The notes under the pieces are model-generated. The model was given only the letters and a program-made list of their open reading frames with translations. It was not told the DNA's origin and ran no database searches. Below are positions 38,636 to 48,341 of a DNA stretch of 64,000 nucleotides, in pieces; within the stretch, counting starts at the first letter, position 1; each line of letters starts with the position of its first letter. Both the position numbers and the translations under genes were made by a program. The DNA is taken from contig CAKZMQ010000021.1 of NCBI GenBank assembly GCA_937128795.1, forward strand, positions 30,577 through 94,576, given 5' to 3'. This DNA comes from an uncultured Solirubrobacterales bacterium. GTDB lineage: Bacteria; Actinomycetota; Thermoleophilia; Solirubrobacterales; JACPNS01.

Positions 38636-41296
38636 TCAGCCCGCCGCGTTCGCGATCGCTTCGCGTACCACTTCCAGAGCATCGGGCAGCTTTGCGGGAT
38701 CTTTGCCGCCGGCCTGGGCGAGATTGTCCCGTCCCCCACCACCGCCGCCGACGACCTCGGCGGCGAGTTTGACCAACGCTCCTGCTTTTACTCCGCGCTC
38801 GATCGCGCTCGGCTGGGCGGTCGCCACGATCTGAACCCGGCCTTCTGCAACGCAACCGATCACCACCACCTCGGCTTCGAACTTGTCGCGCATACGGTCG
38901 GCCACCGAACGCAGATCCTTCACCGCGTCGGCACCGATCGCCTCGCCGTCGAGTGCAGTGATCAACGCGCGAGTGCCCGCAATATCTGCGACTTGCTCGC
39001 CGAGCGAGGTGAGCGCGTCGTCGGACATGCCCTTCCCTTGCTTCTGCGCCTTTTGGAGGTCTTTCAGACGCACCTCACGATCGCGAACCGCATCGACCGC
39101 AAGCTCCGGTTTGGTGCGAAGCTGGTCGGCGATGTCCCGCAGGTCACGCTGAGTTTCGATCAATTTGCTGGCAGCCGCCGGTCCGGCGAGTGCCTCGATT
39201 CGGCGCACATTCGCAGCGCTGGACGTCTCGGATGCAATCGAGAAGACGCCGACCTCTCCCGTCGAACGTACGTGGGTACCGCCGCACAGCTCGCGAGACA
39301 CGGCGCTGATTCCATCGCCGACCTCGACCATCCGAACCTGGTCGCCATATTTTTCACCGAAGAGCGCCATGGCACCGAGCTTCTCGGCTTCGTCTCGCGT
39401 GGTGATCACGGCATGCACATTGTGGTTGTCGGCGATCCATCCGTTCACGCGATCCTCAACGGCGGCAATGTCCTCCGGGGTCATCGGCTTGCCGTGCGTA
39501 AAGTCGAAGCGAAGCTTGTCCGGCCGCACCGCCGAGCCGGCCTGACGTACGTGTGTGCCCAAGCGTTCGCGCAGCGCGGCGTGGAGCAAATGGGTTGCGG
39601 TGTGGTGCGTTGCAGTCGCGAATCTTGCGTGCTTGTCGACTGTGGCCGTGACGGTTTGGCCGTCGGCGAATTCGCCGTCCGTGAGCTTGACGTCGACAAC
39701 CTGGTCGTCGCCTATTCGATATACATCGACCACCTCGCCAGCGGCAGTGTCGCTGACGATCGTGCCGGCGTCCGACACTTGACCTCCACCCTCCGCATAG
39801 AAGACGCTTTCGGCGAGCTTCAGCAATACGTGGCCATCGGCGCCGGCTTTCGGGGCGACGGACAGGACAGTTGTGGCGCAGCCAAGATCCGCGTAACCGA
39901 CGAACTCGCTTGCCCGCCCGGTTTCGCGGGCAAACCGCTGAATGGCCTCGTGAGCGCTGCCGCTCGCGTAGGCCTTGAGTGTGCCGCTGCGAGCACGGTC
40001 GCGCTGTTGTTCCATCAACTCGTCGAAGCCGTCGTCGTCGACGGAGAGACCCTCGGCGGCCAGCAGTTCCTTTGTCATGTCATAGGGAAATCCAAACGTG
40101 TCGTGCAGCTGGAAGGCATCGGCGGCGTCGATCCAGGAAGTCTGGTCCTTTTTCGCCGTGGCGATCAGGTCGTTGAGCAGATCTGTGCCCTGCTGAAGCG
40201 TGCGACCGAAGCCTTCTTCTTCCGCACCAGCCCATTGCAGAATCGCGTCGCGCTGAGTGTGCAACTCTGGGTACGGCTCGCCCATAACGTCGACCACCCG
40301 CTCTGCAAACGGCACTAGCGACGAGTCGAGACCGAGCGTGCGTCCCTGTTGAATTGCGCGACGCATGATGCGACGCAGGATGTAACCGCGGTCCTCGTTC
40401 GACGGAACCACGCCGTCGGCAATCAAGAACGCCATCGACCGCGAGTGGTTCGCGAGCACGCGCATCGCTTTGGTGACGGTGGCGTCCTCGTTGTAGTTCT
40501 TGCCAGAAAGTTCTTGACCGAGTTCGATCAACGGCCAGAAGTTGTCGGTCTCGTAGACGGACGGTTTGTCCTGGAGGATCGCCGCCATCCGCTCGAGACC
40601 CATGCCCGTGTCGATGTTCTTGGCGGGCAACTCGCTGAGCGATCCATCCTCGGCCAGCTCATATTGCATGAACACGAGGTTCCAGAACTCGAGGAAGCGC
40701 TCGGAATCGTCGCCGGGGCGGTCATTTTCCGCACCAAAATCGAGACCGCGATCGAGATAGAGCTCGCTGCAGGGACCGCACGGGCCGGTCGGACCTGCCT
40801 GCCAGAAGTTATCGCCACGACCGAGCCGAACGATCTGTTCATCCGGAACGCCCTTGGCCCGCCAGAATCCGATTGCGTCTTCGTCCGGTCCGAGCCCGAG
40901 TTCGTCGTCGCCGCCGAACACCGTCATCCAGACCTGCTCCGGCTTGAAGCCGAACCCGTCGATCGCAAGGTCGTAACCGAAGCCGATCGCCTCTTGTTTG
41001 AAGTAGTCACCAAAGCTGAAGTTGCCGAGCATTTCGAACATCGTCAGGTGTCGTGCGGTCTTGCCGACCTCGTCGATGTCGGTGGTGCGGAAGCATTTCT
41101 GGCAGCTGGTCAGGCGCGTCTTGGGCGGCGTCTCCTGCCCGCGGAAGTACGGCTTGAAAGGCTGCATTCCGGCAGTCGTGAGCAGCACGGATGCGTCGAG
41201 TTCGGCAGGCACCAACGATGCCGACGGCATGCGCAGGTGGTCGTTCTGTTCGAAGAACGACAGGAAGGTCTCGCGAATCTGGTTCGAAGTCATCAT
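38636..41296 (-). CDS. alaS: Alanine--tRNA ligase
   Basis: ORF 38636..41419. The start is set at MMTSNQIRETFLSFFEQNDH (41296), downstream of the mnmA stop. Class II motifs, an editing domain (HTATHLLHAAL) and a C-terminal DHHA1-type region (GGGGGGRDNLAQAGG) are present. Confidence 0.95.
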   Translation of the reverse strand: MMTSNQIRETFLSFFEQNDHLRMPSASLVPAELDASVLLTTAGMQPFKPYFRGQETPPKTRLTSCQKCFRTTDIDEVGKTARHLTMFEMLGNFSFGDYFKQEAIGFGYDLAIDGFGFKPEQVWMTVFGGDDELGLGPDEDAIGFWRAKGVPDEQIVRLGRGDNFWQAGPTGPCGPCSELYLDRGLDFGAENDRPGDDSERFLEFWNLVFMQYELAEDGSLSELPAKNIDTGMGLERMAAILQDKPSVYETDNFWPLIELGQELSGKNYNEDATVTKAMRVLANHSRSMAFLIADGVVPSNEDRGYILRRIMRRAIQQGRTLGLDSSLVPFAERVVDVMGEPYPELHTQRDAILQWAGAEEEGFGRTLQQGTDLLNDLIATAKKDQTSWIDAADAFQLHDTFGFPYDMTKELLAAEGLSVDDDGFDELMEQQRDRARSGTLKAYASGSAHEAIQRFARETGRASEFVGYADLGCATTVLSVAPKAGADGHVLLKLAESVFYAEGGGQVSDAGTIVSDTAAGEVVDVYRIGDDQVVDVKLTDGEFADGQTVTATVDKHARFATATHHTATHLLHAALRERLGTHVRQAGSAVRPDKLRFDFTHGKPMTPEDIAAVEDRVNGWIADNHNVHAVITTRDEAEKLGAMALFGEKYGDQVRMVEVGDGISAVSRELCGGTHVRSTGEVGVFSIASETSSAANVRRIEALAGPAAASKLIETQRDLRDIADQLRTKPELAVDAVRDREVRLKDLQKAQKQGKGMSDDALTSLGEQVADIAGTRALITALDGEAIGADAVKDLRSVADRMRDKFEAEVVVIGCVAEGRVQIVATAQPSAIERGVKAGALVKLAAEVVGGGGGGRDNLAQAGGKDPAKLPDALEVVREAIANAAG

Positions 41297-41360
41297 CGGT
41301 GTTCGTTGGTCGCCGAGCGGAATGCTCCTGCCCGGCGAGATGCACTGATTGGCGACCGAT

Positions 41361-42863
41361 TCAGGCGGCCGGCCGTGCGATCGGCCGTATTCTGGCATCG
41401 TCTGGGCGGTCTCTGGCAATTGTCGCCCATCCGACGACTGCCTCGCCGCGCATCAAACAGGCGATCTGCCCGGGCGCCGCGCCGTTGACCGGGCTATGCA
41501 ATTTGACGCGGAGATCGCGGTGTCGTCCGGCTTTGGCGTCGCCGACGACTTCGCACTCGGTGGGTGCGTTGCGGTACCGCAGTTTCACGCGATCTATTTC
41601 ATCGCCGTCACGCAGCAAACGCGCGCCGATCAGGCGGACCTCTGTGGTGTTCAGCGCCGCCAGAGGGCCAACAATCACCCGATTCTCGTTGTTATCCACG
41701 TCGAGCACATAGAGCGGCTCGGGAGCCGCCACTCCGAGGCCACGACGCTGACCGACCGTGAAACGGTGAGCGCCGACGTGCGTCCCGAGCTCTTTTCCCT
41801 GCTGATCGACGATCGCGCCAGGGCGTTCGACGATGCCGCCGTGGCGTTCGAGGAAATCATCGCGGCCGATTCCGGCGAGAAAGCAGAGGTCCTGACTCTC
41901 GGGCTTGTCAGCAACCGACAGTCCCGCCGACTTCGCCTGCTCGCGAACCTGTGGCTTCTTCAGTTCGCCAAGCGGGAACTCCAGCCGGGCGATCAGATCG
42001 GGGTCGACCGCGGCAAGCATGTAAGTCTGGTCCTTGTTGTCGTCCTCGGCGGCGGCCAACAGCGGCCCGTGCGTGTCGTGTTCGATCCGGGCATAGTGGC
42101 CGGTTGCAAGTGTTTCGGCACCGAGTCGGTCACGAATGTTGTCGAGTGCATCGAAGCGGACGTGCCCGTTGCAGCCGACGCAGGGATTTGGCGTGTCGCC
42201 ATCGCCGAACGCAGAAATGTAGGGGTCGACGACGCCCTTTCTGAACGCGTCGCGCAGGTCAACGGTGAAATGTGGCATGTCCATCTCGTGGGCAAGGCGG
42301 CGGGCGGCGGTGACGGCCTGCGGTGAGCAGCAACTTGCCGTGCCATCGGTTGCCGGATCGTCCCACAGTTGCAGAGTCAGGCCAACTGTTTCGGCGCCGT
42401 CCTCGGCGAGGATGCGAGCAGCTGTGGCGCTGTCCACGCCGCCGCTCATCGCGACGAGTTTTCGGCCTGGCGCTGGTGCCAGGAGCGAATCATCGCCCTC
42501 CGAGACAACGCACCCGAGCGCGCGGTGCAGTGCCTCCTCGACCAAGACGGCGGCGTGCTGGCGCTCGACCGATAGGCCGTCGAGAGCGTCGATGATCTCG
42601 TCGCGACCGATACGCGCCGCGTCGAGAAGCGGCGCGTCGGTCAAGAGCTCGACGAGCGCGCTGGCGCTGGCCGTCAAAGCGGCGCAACCATCGGCGTTAA
42701 AACCGGCATGACTGACGATTCCCCGATCGACGCTTATGCCCACGGTGACCAAGTCGCCACAGGCCGACCCACCTGCCAAGCCGGTGGAGGCATTGGCGGG
42801 GAGCGAGTCTCGCCCGCGAGGCGACGCTACATGGTCGGCGAAAAGTGTTGCTGAGTCGAACAT
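41361..42863 (-). CDS. mnmA: IscU/NifU-like N-terminal domain fused to tRNA 2-thiouridine(34) synthase MnmA
   Basis: Residues ~1-120 (HVASPRGRDSLP...GGSACGDLVTVGISVDRGIVSHAGFNADGCAALTASASALVELL...SVERQHAAVLVEEAL) read as an IscU/SufU-type scaffold. Residues ~135-500 are MnmA: PP-loop VAMSGGVDSATAA, CCSPQ, DQTYML, SQDLCF and a C-terminal beta-barrel. Confidence 0.85.
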   Translation of the reverse strand: MFDSATLFADHVASPRGRDSLPANASTGLAGGSACGDLVTVGISVDRGIVSHAGFNADGCAALTASASALVELLTDAPLLDAARIGRDEIIDALDGLSVERQHAAVLVEEALHRALGCVVSEGDDSLLAPAPGRKLVAMSGGVDSATAARILAEDGAETVGLTLQLWDDPATDGTASCCSPQAVTAARRLAHEMDMPHFTVDLRDAFRKGVVDPYISAFGDGDTPNPCVGCNGHVRFDALDNIRDRLGAETLATGHYARIEHDTHGPLLAAAEDDNKDQTYMLAAVDPDLIARLEFPLGELKKPQVREQAKSAGLSVADKPESQDLCFLAGIGRDDFLERHGGIVERPGAIVDQQGKELGTHVGAHRFTVGQRRGLGVAAPEPLYVLDVDNNENRVIVGPLAALNTTEVRLIGARLLRDGDEIDRVKLRYRNAPTECEVVGDAKAGRHRDLRVKLHSPVNGAAPGQIACLMRGEAVVGWATIARDRPDDARIRPIARPAA

Positions 42864-42949
42864 TTCGGTTCGAACACAGCGTATTGACTGCGCCGCAATG
42901 TTCCGCGTTTGGCGCGCGGGTTCGGCCCGATGGAGACTGCCGTGCTCGC

Positions 42950-43582
42950 TCAGTCGCTGCCGGAATTGCCGGTCAGGCGAGTGATCTTGGTGTTCAGCGC
43001 TGCGGAGTCGATGTATCCCTGCGCTGTGTCGGCCTCATCCTTGTAGAGGATCACGATGCCTGGCGTCTGCGTCAACTCGGCGGCCTGTGCGATGCCGTCG
43101 TACTTCGACTTGTTCGCGATCTCCTCGCGGAACACCACCATCGAACTGCCGCGGTACTTCTGAAGATTCTTGATCGAGTCATCGACGCGTTCGTCGTCTT
43201 TGGCCTTCGGCTCCCAGAAGAAGATCATCACGATCTTGCCCTTTTTGACGGCGTCGTAGACCGGGGTCGGCATTCCTGCAGCCTTTGCATCGGCGACCAG
43301 CTTCTTACGGCGTTCGATGCGAATTCGACGACGCTTCTCTGCGGCCGTCTCCTTCGCCTTTTTGACCGCGCCAGTGACGTTTGTCGCTTCTGCGGCTGCG
43401 GTCGGGCCGGTCGAGCCGGCCTTTTCAGTACTGCCGGTTTCACCGGTGGCAGCGCTTGTCACGGCCGGGGCAGGCGGCGGCAACTCCTCGCCCGACCCGC
43501 CACGCAGCAATACAAAACCGCCGAGCACAATTGCGCCGACGAGGGCGATCAAAACTGGCTTTGAAATCTGAATGTCGCTCAT
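42950..43582 (-). CDS. Hypothetical membrane-anchored protein (210 aa)
   Basis: N-terminal TM (PVLIALVGAIVLGGFVLL), a Thr/Ala/Gly linker, a Lys/Arg-rich helix and a C-terminal alpha/beta domain (KIVMIFFWEPKAKDDERVDDSIKNL...GIVILYKD) that loosely suggests a thioredoxin-like fold. Confidence 0.6.
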   Translation of the reverse strand: MSDIQISKPVLIALVGAIVLGGFVLLRGGSGEELPPPAPAVTSAATGETGSTEKAGSTGPTAAAEATNVTGAVKKAKETAAEKRRRIRIERRKKLVADAKAAGMPTPVYDAVKKGKIVMIFFWEPKAKDDERVDDSIKNLQKYRGSSMVVFREEIANKSKYDGIAQAAELTQTPGIVILYKDEADTAQGYIDSAALNTKITRLTGNSGSD

Positions 43583-43741
43583 GAGCTGCTTTTTGGATTA
43601 GTAGATCGGCGGATTGCCGTTCTGCGGAGCCGACCCGTTCAACATGCCACGGTCCGGTGAACGCGAGTTCTACCGCCACATCGACAAATCCGCCCCCATC
43701 CTTGAGCGCCCCCCAACCCCGCCAACCAACATGCAACTCCG

Positions 43742-43775
43742 AAAAACAAGGTTTGCCAAAAGGGGAACCTTGTTT
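43742..43775 (-). terminator. Intrinsic terminator after the aspS-hisS-downstream small gene
   Basis: The minus strand reads AAACAAGGTT-ccccttttggca-AACCTTGTTT followed by TTCGG. It starts about 20 nt after the TAA stop at 43796. Confidence 0.7.
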
Positions 43776-43795
43776 CGTGGAAGGTGGGTGGGGTT

Positions 43796-44014
43796 TTAGT
43801 CGGCTTCTTCGGGGAAGTCGATTAGGTCGCGGGCGGCGAATTGGTCTTCTTCGGGGTGAGTACGGAGGGCGATGTCGCCCGTTCCGAACTGGTCCAGTTC
43901 CCAGTCGCTCGTGATTTCGGCGGCAAATCCTGCGTCGCGTAGTTGTTGGCAGAACGCCATCGCAACCGTAATTTCTTGATAGTCAGCGACGATCGGCCAG
44001 TCGTCGTATGCCAT
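43796..44014 (-). CDS. Small acidic hypothetical protein (72 aa)
   Basis: This is the C-terminal part of ORF 43796..44155, starting at MAYDDWPIVADYQEITVAMAFCQQLRDAGFAAEI... so that it does not overlap aspS. No function can be assigned. Confidence 0.5.
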   Translation of the reverse strand: MAYDDWPIVADYQEITVAMAFCQQLRDAGFAAEITSDWELDQFGTGDIALRTHPEEDQFAARDLIDFPEEAD

Positions 44015-44081
44015 GTCGCCGACCCGCAACACGATCTTGCCGGTGCGCGGGAGTTTGTTGCGGCGGAAGAGGCCCACTCGA

Positions 44082-45923
44082 TCAGCTCTCGCTGACTTCT
44101 CCCTCGACCGCGTCGACTGCCGGCGGCGGCGCGGTCGAGACGAGGTGCAGGTCACGAATCTGGTGCTCGTCGACGGACGACGGCGCGCCGGTGAGCGGAT
44201 CGGCTCCGGTCGCGCTCTTTGGAAATGCGATCGCGTCGCGAATCGAATCGGCGCCGGCGATCAACGCAACAAGGCGATCCAGGCCCAAGGCGAGGCCACC
44301 GTGGGGCGGCGCACCGTACTTAAGCGCCTCGAGCAAGAATCCGAAGCGCTGCTCGGCTTCGGAACGATCGATGCCGATCACCTCGAGGATCTTCTCCTGA
44401 ACCTCAACGGTGTTGATACGGATCGAACCACCACCGACCTCCCATCCGTCCATCACGATGTCGTACGCGCGCGACCCAAGATTCGCTGGATCGTCGAGAT
44501 CGCCATCGGGCGCGGTGAATGGATGGTGGAGCGGATCCCAACGCTGTTCGTCATCGTTGAATTCGAGCATTGGGAACTTGACGACCCAGACGAGCTTGTG
44601 TTCGCCGAACGGGATCAGATCGAAGCGTTTGGCGAGGTTCTCACGCAATGCACCGAGCGATGCCGCCGCAGTCATCGACTTGGCATCGGCGACGGCAAGC
44701 AAGAGATCGCCCGGCTTGGCGTCGAGCGCGCTGACGGCCGCGGCGCGTTCGTCGTCGGCCAGAAACTTGGCTATCGGCGAACGCCAGCCGCCGTCATCCT
44801 CAACGAACGCCCAGACCAACCCACCGGCGCCGTGGCCCTTGACGAACTCGGTCAGTTCGTCGAGATCGGCTCGCGAAAGCTCGCGTTGCCCGGCGTTGAT
44901 CGCACGCACCGTGCCGCCACTCGACAACACCGATGCAAATACTTTGAACTCGCTCTTGGCGAAAACATCATCGAGATTGACGATCTCCAGCCCAAAGCGA
45001 AGGTCCGGCGCATCCTTGCCGAAGCGACCGATCGCCTCGTCGTAACACATGCGCGGAAACGGCGTTTCGACCTCGATGCCGCCCTCGGCAAGCACCTCTT
45101 TTAGTACGGCCTCGGTCAGCTCGATCACGTCGTCCTCCTCGACGAACGACATCTCGAGGTCCAGCTGGGTGAACTCGGGTTGGCGATCGGCGCGCAAGTC
45201 TTCGTCGCGAAAACAGCGGGCGATTTGGTAGTACCGCTCCAGTCCTCCCATCATCAGGAGTTGCTTGTAGAGCTGGGGCGACTGCGGCAACGCGTACCAG
45301 GATCCGGGCTTGACGCGACTTGGCACTAGATAGTCGCGAGCACCCTCGGGCGTTGGACGAGTGAGATTCGGGGTCTCGATCTCGAGAAAGTCACGCTCGT
45401 CTAGCACCCGGCGCATCGCGCGGACAACCCTGGCTCGAAGAGCGATGATCGGTGCGATCGTGCCGCGGCGAAGATCGAGGTAGCGGTGCTTGAGGCGCAG
45501 CGACTCGTCGACCGGCCCGTCTTCGTCGACCTGGAAAGGCGGCGTCTCGGCGCGAGCCAGAATTTCGATCTTGCTGGCCTGGAGCTCGAGGTGCCCGGTC
45601 GGAAGGTTCGGATTGACAACGGCGTCGTCGCGCCTGACCAACTTACCCTTGACCGATACGACATCCTCGGCGCGCAACGTGCCTGCGGTTTCGTGGGCCT
45701 TTGCTGCATGCTCGGGGTGAAAAACGATCTGCAGTAGGCCACTCCGGTCGCGCAGGTCGATGAACACCAAACCACCGTGATCGCGACGGCGATGCGCCCA
45801 CCCGCTGACCTTGATCTCCTTGCCGATCGGCTGCTCGATCGCACCGGTCGCCCACGTATCGCGATATGCGTTCGCGCGCGGCGGGCCGAGCGGTTCGTGG
45901 CGACCGTCGCTGGCCGAGCTCAT
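44082..45923 (-). CDS. aspS: Aspartate--tRNA ligase
   Basis: 613 aa. OB anticodon-binding domain ([21 protein letters not shown]) and class II motifs ([18 protein letters not shown]; GGGSIRI; [13 protein letters not shown]). Confidence 0.96.
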   Translation of the reverse strand: MSSASDGRHEPLGPPRANAYRDTWATGAIEQPIGKEIKVSGWAHRRRDHGGLVFIDLRDRSGLLQIVFHPEHAAKAHETAGTLRAEDVVSVKGKLVRRDDAVVNPNLPTGHLELQASKIEILARAETPPFQVDEDGPVDESLRLKHRYLDLRRGTIAPIIALRARVVRAMRRVLDERDFLEIETPNLTRPTPEGARDYLVPSRVKPGSWYALPQSPQLYKQLLMMGGLERYYQIARCFRDEDLRADRQPEFTQLDLEMSFVEEDDVIELTEAVLKEVLAEGGIEVETPFPRMCYDEAIGRFGKDAPDLRFGLEIVNLDDVFAKSEFKVFASVLSSGGTVRAINAGQRELSRADLDELTEFVKGHGAGGLVWAFVEDDGGWRSPIAKFLADDERAAAVSALDAKPGDLLLAVADAKSMTAAASLGALRENLAKRFDLIPFGEHKLVWVVKFPMLEFNDDEQRWDPLHHPFTAPDGDLDDPANLGSRAYDIVMDGWEVGGGSIRINTVEVQEKILEVIGIDRSEAEQRFGFLLEALKYGAPPHGGLALGLDRLVALIAGADSIRDAIAFPKSATGADPLTGAPSSVDEHQIRDLHLVSTAPPPAVDAVEGEVSES

Positions 45924-47212
45924 CGCTTCACCCCGGCCAACACTCGTTCTGCGATTCGATCGAAATAGTCACCGGCAGTCAACCCATCCAATTCCTGCTG
46001 CTCCCCCGTTTGCAAGTTTTTCACGGCCGCATCGTATTGCCCGCGTTCTCCCCCGAAGATCACGAGCACCTTCGCGCCGATCCGCGACGCCTGTTTGAGT
46101 TGCCCCTTCATCGAGCGGCCAGCAAGTTCGATCTGTGCACTCAATCCGTGAACCTCGCGAAGCTTGAGAAGCACCGTAAACGCTGCGCTGCGGTCGGCGT
46201 CGTCATCAAGGGCGATGTAGACGTCGGTGTTCGCGGTCGGCTCGGGCTCGGTCGACAACTCGGCAGCCGCAAGTACGCGCTCAACGCCGCAGGCCCAGCC
46301 GATCCCGGCCGTCGGTGGCCCCCCGAGCAACTCGACCAGACCGTCGTACCGCCCGCCGCCACCCACTCCGGCCTGCGCGCCGAGATTTGGCGAGGTGAAC
46401 TCAAAAACCGTGCGCGTGTAGTAGTCAAGGCCGCGAACGAGCGTCGAATCGACCTCGTAACCAACTTGGGCGGCATCCAGCAGCGCAAGCACCTCGTCAA
46501 AGTGCGCGCGGTCCTCGACGGAGATCGCGTCGAGCAACCGTGGGGCGGCCTCCATCACGGCCTGTGTGCCCTCGTGCTTGGCATCGAACGCCCGAAGCGG
46601 GTTCTGGTCGATGCGCGCGAGCACGTCGGCAGAAAGCTGCCGTTCGTTTTCACGCAAGTAAGTCTTGAGTTCCTGCGAATACGCCTGCCGCTCGCTCTTG
46701 GACCCCAGACTTGAGATTCGCAGCGTCGTATCCGTAGCCCCGGCGGCTTCAAGCAGTCGCGCGAGCAGAACGATTGATTCGGCGTCGAGCGCGGGATCGT
46801 CGCTGCCCAGAGCCTCGGCGCCGATCTGAAAGAACTGCCTGAAACGCCCGGCCTGTGGCGCCTCCTGACGAAAGAACGGCCCCTGGTACCAAAGCTTCAC
46901 CGGCTGGGGCAACTTGTGCATGCCGTGTTCGGCGTACGCGCGGCAGACCGGAGCAGTGCCTTCCGGACGCAGGGTGACTGACCGATCACCCTGATCGAGG
47001 AAGGTGTACATCTCTTTGCTGACGACGTCAGTGGATTCGCCAACGCCGCGGGCGAACAGCGCTGTGTCCTCGAAAATCGGCGTGTCGATGCGCGAGTATC
47101 CGGCGCGCGCGAACGCAGGAGCCGCGATCTGTTCGACCAGAGCATCGCGTTGCGTCGAGCTTGCCGGCAGCACATCGAAAGTCCCCTTTGGAGCTTGAAG
47201 TTTGTCGCTCAT
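45920..47212 (-). CDS. hisS: Histidine--tRNA ligase
   Basis: APKGTFDVLP...LRPEGTAPVCRAY...YQGPFFRQEAPQAGRFRQFFQIGAE...GGGRYDGL are canonical HisRS motifs. Confidence 0.96.
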   Translation of the reverse strand: MSDKLQAPKGTFDVLPASSTQRDALVEQIAAPAFARAGYSRIDTPIFEDTALFARGVGESTDVVSKEMYTFLDQGDRSVTLRPEGTAPVCRAYAEHGMHKLPQPVKLWYQGPFFRQEAPQAGRFRQFFQIGAEALGSDDPALDAESIVLLARLLEAAGATDTTLRISSLGSKSERQAYSQELKTYLRENERQLSADVLARIDQNPLRAFDAKHEGTQAVMEAAPRLLDAISVEDRAHFDEVLALLDAAQVGYEVDSTLVRGLDYYTRTVFEFTSPNLGAQAGVGGGGRYDGLVELLGGPPTAGIGWACGVERVLAAAELSTEPEPTANTDVYIALDDDADRSAAFTVLLKLREVHGLSAQIELAGRSMKGQLKQASRIGAKVLVIFGGERGQYDAAVKNLQTGEQQELDGLTAGDYFDRIAERVLAGVKR

Positions 47213-47223
47213 CGCGCTGCCCG

Positions 47224-47856
47224 TCAGCGTGCCAAGAATGGATTTGACTTGGCTTCGGCATCGAGCGTGGTCACTCCCATGTGTCCGGGAAACACCGCGG
47301 TTTCCGGCGCCAATGATTCCATCAACGTCGTGATCGAGTCGAGCAGCGTCTGCGTGTCGCCGCCCGGAAGATCAGTGCGTCCGATCGAACCCTGAAAAAG
47401 CACGTCTCCGGAGAACAGCGCCGAGTGCTCGGGTATCGCGTAGCTCACGTGACCCACGCTGTGGCCGGGAGTGAAGTGGACGTCGATTTCGAATCCTGCC
47501 AGCTCAAGCCGCTCGCCGCCCTCGACCTCGTGTTCGGCGTCGTAGCTCTCGAACGGACCGACGCCGGGAAATCGGATGAAGTTGTTGATATCGGCGAGTA
47601 TGTGTTTTTCCAACTTCGGAACCCAGACCTCGGCCCCCGTGCGCTCGACCATCGGTGCAACCGCACCAACGTGGTCGAAATGGGTGTGCGTCAGCAGGAT
47701 CGCCTTCACGTCGGCGTTGCTGCCCTCGATCGCCTGCATGATCGCGTCCGGCTCGTCGCCCGGATCGATCAACAGCGCGGCGTTGTCGGCCTCTTCATTG
47801 ATCGCCAGAAACGTGTTCTCGGCGACCGGGCCGACCGTGAGATAGGCGACCTTCAT
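47224..47856 (-). CDS. MBL-fold metallo-hydrolase (glyoxalase II-like)
   Basis: The HxHxDH motif LLTHTHFDHVGA, then TPGHSVGHVS, then a C-terminal PGH. Confidence 0.88.
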   Translation of the reverse strand: MKVAYLTVGPVAENTFLAINEEADNAALLIDPGDEPDAIMQAIEGSNADVKAILLTHTHFDHVGAVAPMVERTGAEVWVPKLEKHILADINNFIRFPGVGPFESYDAEHEVEGGERLELAGFEIDVHFTPGHSVGHVSYAIPEHSALFSGDVLFQGSIGRTDLPGGDTQTLLDSITTLMESLAPETAVFPGHMGVTTLDAEAKSNPFLAR

Positions 47857-47866
47857 GCCCGCAGCC

Positions 47867-48325
47867 TCACTCGGTCGCAGCTTCGCCGTCGGCCGAACTG
47901 GCGTTCTGCTCGACGGCCTTCTTCTGGGCCGAATTCTTTTTTGCCAGTTTCTCGACCTCGGCGCGACTACGCGCCTGTGCTTCCTTGCGCAAGCGGCGTT
48001 GGTAGAGGAAGCGATCGGTGTAGTAACCCATCGGGATGTACAGACCGAACATCACGAACGCGACGAACACCGCGCTGACCGGCGGCTGCTGGAAAAGAAT
48101 CAACACTGCGAGAAAAACCGCGGCGGCGACGGCGGCGCGAATCGCCGCGCTGCGCCATGTGGGAGGCTGATTCGCCCGTTCTACGCGTCCTGACTGACGC
48201 TTCTGCTGTGCCTGCTGACGCGCCTGGGCGCGACTGGTCGGGCGCGACGTGCGTCCGCGCGATTCGACGGTGCCGGCCTGCGTGCCGCGGTGTTTGGTGC
48301 GGCGTTTCTTCTTTGACTGTGCCAT
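47867..48325 (-). CDS. Hypothetical membrane protein with a highly basic N-terminus (152 aa)
   Basis: KKKRRTKHRGTQ... basic tract, two TM helices (AAIRAAVAAAVFLAVLILF; VFVAFVMFGLYIPMGYY) and a Lys/Glu-rich C-terminus. Confidence 0.6.
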   Translation of the reverse strand: MAQSKKKRRTKHRGTQAGTVESRGRTSRPTSRAQARQQAQQKRQSGRVERANQPPTWRSAAIRAAVAAAVFLAVLILFQQPPVSAVFVAFVMFGLYIPMGYYTDRFLYQRRLRKEAQARSRAEVEKLAKKNSAQKKAVEQNASSADGEAATE

Positions 48326-48341
48326 CGGCCGGTCAGCTTAT

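Noticed and set aside
38483-41488. 611-aa and 379-aa plus-strand ORFs opposite alaS
   Set aside because: They are antisense shadows of alanyl-tRNA synthetase, with no motifs and an Arg/Gly/Val-rich composition.
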